In this document: positions 9,955-20,200 of the stretch, one piece after another
Layout of the letters: the number at the start of each line of letters is the position of its first letter
How positions within the stretch are numbered: position 1 is the stretch's first letter
Origin: a virus
DNA: 64,000 bases
IMG/VR virus record: IMGVR_UViG_3300021373_000005
Reading direction: 5' to 3' (one strand)
The notes under the pieces: generated by a model
Seen by the model: only the letters and a program-made list of their open reading frames with translations
Told to the model about the DNA's origin: nothing
Databases searched by the model: none
Translations under genes and position numbers: made by a program

Positions 9955-11202
9955 ATGGCTCGTAATATAGGCACAATTAATACAACACAAACCTTTCAGA
10001 ATTGGTTTGATAAGACCAATGATCTTGTTGAAGAATTACGAGATAACATTATTACGGCCTCTTCAGGTGGAGATACCACAACAGGGGATGCAACTTTAGT
10101 CGGTGATTTTACATCTACTAATTTAATCGCAAGTACTTTACTATCATCCGACCAAATAAGTTCTTCTTCGGGTGGTGTAATTAATTTCCAAGATCCAATA
10201 CAAATTACAGGTACATCTGCTACAACTGCTACTTTCCTTTTCGCAGGAACCGGTGGTCAGACAAGATATACAGACGGAAGTTTATCTTGGGACGTTGGAT
10301 TAGAAAGTTCAAATCCTGGTCATTTTATTATTGATACTGGAACAGGTCAAAATAAATTACAATTATCAGTCGCAGGTACATTAACCGTTCCTGATGCAGT
10401 CGTAACTGGTTCTTTAACTGTAGGAAGCTTGTCAATTGGTGCAGGTGGTGCCGGTTTAAATACAGATGATATTACTGAAGGTTCAACTAACTTATACTTT
10501 ACAAATGCAAGAGCAAGAGGTGCTTTCTCAGGCGGAGACGGTATTGCCATTTCTTCAGGTGGAGTAATATCATTTGATGGTGAAGGTAAATTAACCACTT
10601 ATGAAGGTAATGAATTTAGATTAGCAGGTTCTGTTGATGTAGGAAACAGTTTAAAATCTTATTTAACAGGTGCTCTAGCATTTGGTGTACCGCAAGGACA
10701 ATTAAAATCTGATTGGGCAGGTAATACTTATGAAGTGTTAACATGGTTCCCAGCCGGAGTTTCAGTTAATGGTTATGGTTATTTCACAGATGATATACGA
10801 ACAAACGGCGGAGACATTGTTGTTAAGACAGGTTCAACTATCAAAGCGTTTATGGACCAAGACGGCAATGGTTACTTTACAGGTGATGTAACGACAAACG
10901 GAAGCGCATCAGACGAAAGATTAAAAGAAAATATAATTCCTCTCGAGAAGGGATTAGAAACAGTAGAACAAATAAAAACTTATAAGTTTAATTATAAAGA
11001 CAGACCTGAGGATACACTACCAGGTGTTATTGCTCAGGAGATTGAAAAATTAATACCAGAAGTAGTTTATGATATTGAAATGGAAGATGATACTTACAAA
11101 GCTGTAAGATATCAACAAATTGTGCCAGTACTAATTAACGCAATTAAAGATTTGAGTTTGAAGGTAAAAGATTTAGAAAACCGTCTAAATAACGACGAGT
11201 AA
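9955..11202 (+). CDS. Tail fibre/spike protein with C-terminal S74 intramolecular chaperone
   Basis: N-terminal TFQNWFDKTN anchor-like motif. C-terminal SDERLKENI...GVIAQEIEKLIPEVV...VRYQQIVPVLINAIKDL is the autocleaving chaperone signature (Ser codon 10909). Confidence 0.85.
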   Translation: MARNIGTINTTQTFQNWFDKTNDLVEELRDNIITASSGGDTTTGDATLVGDFTSTNLIASTLLSSDQISSSSGGVINFQDPIQITGTSATTATFLFAGTGGQTRYTDGSLSWDVGLESSNPGHFIIDTGTGQNKLQLSVAGTLTVPDAVVTGSLTVGSLSIGAGGAGLNTDDITEGSTNLYFTNARARGAFSGGDGIAISSGGVISFDGEGKLTTYEGNEFRLAGSVDVGNSLKSYLTGALAFGVPQGQLKSDWAGNTYEVLTWFPAGVSVNGYGYFTDDIRTNGGDIVVKTGSTIKAFMDQDGNGYFTGDVTTNGSASDERLKENIIPLEKGLETVEQIKTYKFNYKDRPEDTLPGVIAQEIEKLIPEVVYDIEMEDDTYKAVRYQQIVPVLINAIKDLSLKVKDLENRLNNDE

Positions 11203-11216
11203 TTGAAGATTGGTCT

Positions 11217-11224
11217 TATAAATA
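11217..11224 (+). promoter_or_regulatory. T4 late promoter TATAAATA
   Basis: Exact consensus in the intergenic gap upstream of the 3518-aa gene. Confidence 0.75.
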
Positions 11225-11252
11225 ATAGGTAATACCAAAAGGGAAAGCATAA

Positions 11253-14200
11253 ATGGCAAAAATTTCAGAATTACCTCCGATTACCGGTGCCAATACCAGG
11301 CCTGAAGACCTGTTCGTAATCGTCAACCTTGTTCAAGGAGACGACGGCACAAGTAATATTACTAGGAAGGAATTAGTTGAAGCAATTCAATACGAAATCT
11401 TTTCTAGAATAAACATCACTGGTGGAACAATCTCCGGTGTGGTTATGTCTGACTCACGATTAAATAACGTTGAGATAGATAATTCTGAAATTGAAGATAC
11501 CGATTTTATTCGCGGTTCAATTGATGATACCGTAATCACAAACAGTACTGCCAATAATATTACAATGACTTATAGTAGTTTCCAATTTGGAACACTGCTT
11601 GATTCTTCTGCTAACAATTTAACAATTACTTCATCTGACTTTTCACAAGGCACAGGTAATAATAACGTACTCACAAATACTACACTACTTGATGGTAGTG
11701 CTAATAATTTTGTTATTACAGACTCAACTGCCAACAACATTATCATTACGAATTCAGAACTTAATGACAGTACAGCAAATAATGTTGCGATTACAGATTC
11801 AACAGTAAATAACACAATCATAACAAGTTCTGAGTTTAATGACGGAACTGCTAACAACGTAGCAATTACTCAATCTGATTTTTCTGACGGAACAATTAAT
11901 CAATCAGTTATTGAAACTTCCGAGTTTAATAATGGTACGATGGAGACAGTTACTGGTATTAATTTAGATATCAGCAACTCTGCATATGCTAACGGAACTG
12001 TTTCTGATTCTATATTAACAGATAATACTATCCTTAACGGTACAGCAAATAATATTGCGATTACAGATTCAACCGCTAATAATACTATTATAACAAATTC
12101 TGAATTTAATGATGGCACAGGCAACAATGTCACATTAACTAATTCAACAATTGATGATTCACTATTCAGTGATGGTACTATTTCTAATACCTCATTCACA
12201 GGTACAATGGATAGTGTTGTCGCAACCAACATACAAATCAGAAGTTCAACTGCTGATGGTTTAGGTGCAAACAATTCAACGTTTGAAAATGGTGGAATAT
12301 CAGGTTCAACCTTTGACGGTGGCGTAATTAATAAATCCAATCTTGTCGACTTCGACATGGATATTAATACAGAATTTGAAGCACCAATGGATGATGAATC
12401 CTATTTTGCTATTCGTAACGAAAAGACAGGTGATACAGAACAAATTAACTTCGGTCAATTATTCGACGAAGTATCTAAGAAAACAGCACAGGCATTAAAG
12501 GTACACGTTGACGCAGGATCTGGTGATGATAAGAACCCAGGTACTCAATTACAACCTGTTAGAACATTAGAAAAAGCATTTGAACTTTGTTTAGAAAAAG
12601 CAGGTGGCGAATTAAATCGTAACGCAATTAATAACTCTGTTCATATTTCAGTTGGGCCAGGAACATATTATACAAAAGGTAATCTGCAGTTACCTGATGA
12701 CTGTTCAATTACTTCCACATCAGGACAGTATGCGACAGTCATCGAATTAGAAAAAGGTTATGAAAATAATAATGGTATTCTTGTAGGTTCTGGTTGTTAT
12801 GCTCAAGGATTTGCATATCAGAATTTCCAAGTTGATAACTTTGATTTCCCAGAAGGCGGATTCGCGGTTGCGTATCGTCCTGGTGCTAAGTTATTGCGTT
12901 CACCGTACTTAAGAGATAGTTCACAGTTATCAAACTTCTTACGTGCTGATGTTGAACCACCTTTGAATCCTTACAACTCAAAAGGTACTCTTGCTGACTT
13001 AGGTAGAGAATTTACATTAAGTAATATTTCAGATCCTACCAAGTTTGCGATTGATGATGAAATAGAATTCTCATCAGGTGCAATCGGTTATGTATCTTAT
13101 ATTTCTGAAATTGCTTCAGATAGTAAAATACACGTTAGAAATTTAAAGAACAATCAAGGATTCGCTGTAGGAGATACAATTACTGCTGAATCTGGTGGTA
13201 CTGCTGTTATTCAAGAAATCGGAATTGACGACTTCCCTAACAGAGAGGTTGGTCGAGGCGGTGGTTGTGTACTTGCAGATAGAAGAGTACTTGATACCGA
13301 TTCATTATATACATATGTATTATGTTTTGGTTTCACACCTCGTTCACAAAACGGTATCGGTTATGTAGCAAGAGACGGTGCTGGTGTTAACGGTATTGGT
13401 TCATTGTCCATCTTTGTTCGTTGCGCATTCTATGCTCTGAATGGTGGTCAGATGACGCTGAACAACTCAGGTACTCAGTTCGGTGATATCTCAATGAGGG
13501 CAAAAGGTACTACTGAGTTCTTTGCTCCAAAATCAACAACAGCAACAATTATTGGTAATACTGCATTCGCTGATACGGTTGATAATGCTGCTGATGATAT
13601 CATTGATGATGTTGTTGAGTATTTAACTGCCAATACAGCAAATGGTGGATTAGGTTATCAAGCATACGATTCAGAAAAATGTTTAAGAGATTCAGGTATC
13701 GTACTTGATGGTACAGGATATGACGTTGCTCTTGATACGAACTATTGGGGAAGACTTGGTGGAATTACATATAGGTCTCCTATCAGTTATGTTGTACCAG
13801 GTGAACAGCTTGAAGAAACAAAAGGTGCATTAGAATACCTAAGAGATAGAACAAAAGAAATCTTTGTAACGGGTAATTCTGAAGTTAACGAACGTGTTGA
13901 AGCATCCTTTGGGGAACTTTTAAATGTCCTTGAATACGGTGAAGAAAATATCAACCCGATTATATGGCAAGATACTTCAGTACCTCGAACAGCTGCCAGA
14001 AACCTCATACAAGACAACCGAGAGTTTATTACTGGAGAGTTAATTGATTGGATAGAAAACAACGATGAATTCTATGCTTACGATAGTAAAGCTTGTCGAC
14101 GTGATGTATCTGACTATATTCTACCTGCTGTTAAAAACGATATGCAATTTGACACAAACTATAATGCTGTCACTGCAGGTCGTGCTTATTACATGGCTGC

Positions 14201-17200
14201 AGCTAAAACTGTTATTGAAAATCAGAATAACGAAACAGTTGAAGCATATCGCAGATTAAAGGACCAAACAAACGAATTACTTGATGGAGATTCATATACT
14301 GCTTCTGCGAAAACCGATGCAGCCTTTGATGAAATCTTATCTATCCTTGAAAATAAAGGAAAACAGTTTACACCTACTGCCGCTACTTATGACCCAGAAA
14401 CTGGGAAATCAGTTATCACACTCGGCACAGGCCACGGATTAACAGTTGGAAGATATGTACTTCTAAAAACTGGTGGACTCATATTTACTTGTGACCGAGA
14501 TAATCATACAACAAGAACAGGATATCCTCGAGCTTCTGACCCAGCTGCAGGTACTCCGGTTGAAATTATTGGTGCAAACGAAACCAAGATTACAGTTAAT
14601 GTTGGTAAGTCAGCAATTGTTGATGTACACAAATTTGTTGAAGCATTACCTAATTCTGTATCAGTTCTTGGTTCAGCAATTGCATGGAGTGATTCATCGT
14701 CTATTCCTGCTGATAAGAGAAACGCAAGAAAACAACTCGAAGCAAACAGAGAATTCTTACAAGACTTAGTATTAGGATATATTGATAATAACTATTTCAG
14801 ATATGATTCTAACAAGTGCCGTAGAGATATTCAAGATTATATTTTACCTGCGGTTGAAAGAGACATCCTAACAGGTTCAAACTATAATGCATATCAGACA
14901 GGTATTGCTTATCGTTCAGGTACTACTCTTGCGGACAATGTAATTAACGAACAGTTGGTAGAAACAACTGGAGCAATTAACGAATTAAAAACAAGAGTAA
15001 ATACTGATGAGATTGGTTCTCAATTTACTCCGACCAATGCTACTTACGACCCAGTAACTGGAAGATTTGAGGCAACTATTGGTATACATAGTTTACAACC
15101 AGGTGATTATGTAAGGTTCCTTGAAGATGGTATTACATTTAGTTGTGATACAGGAAGCGGACCTACAAACGATGCAGTTCCAAATCCAGGACATCCTTTC
15201 TATAATCATCCTTGCCCTGTTCACTCAGTTACACCTACAACTATTGTATGTTATGTAGGAACAGGCGGTACTAACGATCATACATTTGTATCAGCCCTAA
15301 CAAATGCAATTAGTCATGTGATTGGTATTTCTGATAAGGCATCAGAACATCGTTCAGATGAAGCATTTGATAAAATCATTGGTATTTTAAATAGTGCAAA
15401 TAAAACATACGATACATCTTCTGCTAATTATGACCCAGTGACAGGATTAACTGAAATTACAATCGGTGCTCACGATTTACAAGTCGGTGACGAAGTAATG
15501 ATTGCAGCTGACAGTATGACATTTACTTGTGCAACTGATGGTAATGCAACACAACATACTTACCCAACGACAACAATTACAAGCTTTACTCCAAGTACTG
15601 CTACTTATGTACCTGAAACTGGAGAATTTACTGCTAACATCGGACCTCATAAATTAAAAGTTGGAGATGAAATTGAATTTGCTCCAAGAGGTATTACATT
15701 TACTTGTGAACTTGATGGTAATGTTACTGAACATTCTGCTCCTGAACCACATCATCCTTTCTGGGACAAGAAAGTTAAATTAACTTCAGTTGAAGGAAAT
15801 GTAATTGGATGTAATGTTGGTGCAGTTGCTAACGGCGGTGGAGTACATACATTTGTATCTGCTATCACAAACGCAATCAAAGGTGAAAGACAACATCCTG
15901 CTTATAAGAAACCAGTTGTGGTCGCAGCAACAACAGCAACAACATTTACTGTTAATGTAGGTACCTCAACTGATACTTCTGTTCATACATTCGTATCTGC
16001 TACAGCAGGAAATATTAAAACTGCTAAACATATTTCAACATATACACCTTATGACGCAACATACGATCCTGCGACTGGAGTCTTTGTTGCTTCAATTGGA
16101 AAACACAATTTAGAAGCTGGTGATTATGTAATGATTAAACCTAATTCGGTTATCTTTACATGCGACTTGGACGGTAATGTTACTGAACATGCTGCTCCTC
16201 AATCACACCATCCTGCATACAGAACACCTGTTAAATTGGATTCAGTAACTACTGATACAATTACAATGAACATTGGAACAGGTACTGGAGGTGCTCATAC
16301 ATTTGTTAGAGCAACACAAGGTGCAATTGATTCTGATGCGTTAGTATTTACTGACCCAGCATCTTATGTATCTCATTATACTCCAACAACTGCTACATAC
16401 GATCCTGTCACAGGAATCAGTGTAATTACAATCCCAGGTCATGATTTAACAACAAATGATTATATTGAGTTTGCTCCATATTCATTTACTTATACTTGTG
16501 CTCAAGATAGTAACGCAACTGAACATTCATATCCAAGAAAAGGTGATAGTAATTACAGAACTCCAATGGCAATCACAAATGTTGCTGGTGATGATATTAC
16601 TGTTCAACTTGCTGCATCTTCAGGTGGAGCTCATACATTTGTATCAGTAATTAAGGATGCGGTATCTAAAGTTACTTACAATTCTCAAGGTCAATACGCA
16701 AGAGAACAATTACAGAAAAACAAAGAATTCTTGGCTAAGGAAGTTTCATCTTACTTAGAATCAAATTACTTTGTATTTGACGGAAACAAATGTTCAAGAG
16801 ATACAGGATATATTCTTGATGCCGTAAGACGTGATGTTGCTACAGGTTCTAATTATCATACTGTATTTACAGGACTAGGTTATCAAATAGGAACAAAAGG
16901 TTCTAACGAAGTTATAACAGAACAGTTAACTGAAACAGTTGCTGCTATCAATTATATGAAAGCAAAAGTTGCTGCTGATGTGAATGTCACAGGAACTGCA
17001 TTAACAAGAGCTAACGCTGCGTTTGATGAAATTATTGATATTATGCAAAATGGTTCAGGTAATGCTAATGTTCTAGGTTATGGTTCTGCTGCAGCCGTTC
17101 CTAATGGAGTTGATGCAACTGACGCTTTAATTACAAACAGAACATTCTTACAAAAAGAAGTTACAGCTTACATTGCTCAAAACTTCCCAACAGTATCATA

Positions 17201-20200
17201 CAATGTTGCTAAATGTGAAAGAGATACTGGTTATCTTGTAGATGCAATTGTATGGGATGTAAGATTTGGTTCTAATGCAGCTGCGATTAACTTCGCAAGA
17301 TTATATTACGAAAATGCAATCAGTGTATTACCTGAAGACCAAAAATTACCTACTGCTAAAACATGGGAACACCTCGCAGAAGTTTGTTATAAAATAGCAA
17401 GGCAAGAAACTGTAACTCCAACAACAGGAAACGGTGAAGTATTTACTGCTATCGCAAGTGATGCAGGAATTGAAATTGCGAATGCAATACGCAACGGTGT
17501 TAATGTCACAACGCAAATTATTAGAGATGATGATTTAAAATCATTACCTACATTGAACGAAGGTGAAGTTGAAACCGCAATGATTGCTGCAGTAAATGCA
17601 ATTGATGGTTTAACAGAAAATCTTCAAGAAAGTGTTATTAAATATCTTAAAGATGAACATAACGGATTACCATTCAGTAAAGCAGTTTGTGAAAGAGATG
17701 TTGGTATTATCATCGATGCAGTATCAAGAGATATTGAATACGGCGGTAATGAAAATACAGTTGAAGTATTTGAGTATTACTTCAAGAGATTCAATACAAC
17801 ATCGGCTGATTACGAACAACTACGTTCAACCAATGTTCTTCCAATCGAAGTCAAAGGTCAATTTAAAACATTATCCGATTACGAAGATACAGCAAATGTT
17901 TCAGGTTTAAGAGAAGCAATTAACGTATTACCTTACGAACAGCGTGAACCAACAAGAGAAGCATTTAATCATCTTGCTGATATGGCAGAAAAGATTGTTA
18001 AAGAAGTTGCTCATACTTCAACATATACAAGTTATACACCAACTAATGCTACTTATGACCCGGCAACTGGAGTCTTCGTGGCAACTATCGGTGCTCACAA
18101 TTTTGTAAAAGGTGATACGATATATCTGAAACCAAACGGAATTACATTTAGTTGTAATATGGGAAGTGGTGCTGCCAACCATACTTCACCACAACCACAT
18201 CATCCTTATTATCAGAAAGCAATAACACTTACTGATACTGATGCGACAACAATTACAATGAATGTAGGAACAGGTGGTTCTGGTCAATATCCTCATACAT
18301 TTGTATCTGCTCTTGCGGATTCAATTAGTGAAGGTCCATATCAGGATGTTGATGGAACTGCGGCCGATGCAACAACAGGTACTGCGGTACATGATTTAAT
18401 TGCGACTGTTGCTAACCTGATTGACGATACAAATATTGAAGATGATGAAATGCCTGTAATTACAAAGGCAAGCTTTGACCCTAACAGAACATTAGCAAGA
18501 AAACAATTACAAAGAAACAGAGACTTTATTATCGAAGAAGTCCAAGGTTATCTCAAAGATCGTTACTATGTATTTGACGGTGATAAGTGTAAAAGAGATA
18601 TCGGATTCCTTCTTGATGCTGTAGCAGTTGATGTATTGACTGGTTCAAACTATAATGCAGTATTTAACGGTGTTGCATATAGAATAGGAACAGTTGGTGC
18701 TGATGCGGTAATTAACGAACAGTTAACTGAAACAGTATCAGCAATTAAATATGCTCAAGGTTTAGCAGTTGCTGCTGTCACTGACAGCACAATGAAAACA
18801 AAAGTAAATGAAGCATTTGCTGAAATCATTGATGTTATGACAAATGGTAGAGCAGCCGCTGATACAATTGACTATACAAGTGTTGCACCAAGCTTTAACC
18901 GACTTAATGCAAGGTCTCAGTTACAAAATAACAGAACATTCCTTATTGCTGAAATGACAGCATGGCTTGCAGCAAATCGTCCATCATTAACTTATGATGT
19001 TGCTAAATGTGAAAGAGATACAGGATACTTAATTGATGCTGTTTCTCATGATGCTCAGTTCGGTGGAAACTTTGCTACTCTCAATGATGCAAAACTATAC
19101 TTTGAGAATGCGGTCATTCAATTACCTGAAGAACAAAGACAACCTACAGCAGATGCATTTAAACATTTAGGTGATTGTGCTGAGTTAATTTGTTTAGACC
19201 AAGACATCGGTGGATTAAAATCTGCAGGTAACGGTGAAACACAAGATAGGACAGCAGGTGGTGCAGGAGCAGGTATATCGGCTTCAATAGAAGGATTATT
19301 TGATATCGTAGCAGGTTCAATTGAGAACAATACTACTTTACTTAATCCTGCTCAAGAGTTACCTGATGCAACTTCATTTAACGCTGTAAATTCAACAGCG
19401 TTTGCTCAAGTACAAGGTGTTATCCCAACAGTTCAATCTGGTGTTCTAGGACATCTTGCTACATACTTTGAGATACTTCCATATAGTGAAACAAAATGTC
19501 GAAGAGATACAGGTTATATCATCGATGCAGTTGCACACGATATTCAATATGGTGGAAACGCAGCAACAGTTCAAACTGCAGGAATGTATTTTGAGAATGC
19601 TGTTAACACTGGATTACAAATTGAACAAAGAATGGGAACAAGAGATGCATTCTTACACATGGCAAAAATCATTGAACATGTCGTAGGTGCTAAATCTATT
19701 ACAACAACTTTATTCCCAAGAGTTAAGAAATATTACACAGGTGATATTTTAACTCAATACGATTATTGGAACGGAATACATTCTTATCAATCAGTTGAAG
19801 CTCAAGATATGGCAGTACATGGTGCAAACCCTGATACTTCTATCGCAGCAAGAAAACTTGTTGAAATTATTGCGAATGCGGTTGATGATAATGTTGAAGT
19901 TAGAAATACAATCCCAGATCGCATTGATGTTGACCAAACTTGGATGGGTGCTAACTATATTACTTCTAAGGAATTAGTTGAAAGTCAATCAGATGTATAT
20001 TCTGAAGCAGTTATTAGTTATCTTACAACAACACATAACGGTTTAAGTTTCAGAGATGCAAAATGTAGAAGAGATATCGGATACTTAATTGATTCCGCTA
20101 TGCACGATGTTCAACATGACACAAACTTTGCTATGCGTCAATCAGCAGGAATTTACTTCGAGAATGGAGTATCAGTACTTCCTGTAGATGCAAGAATAGC

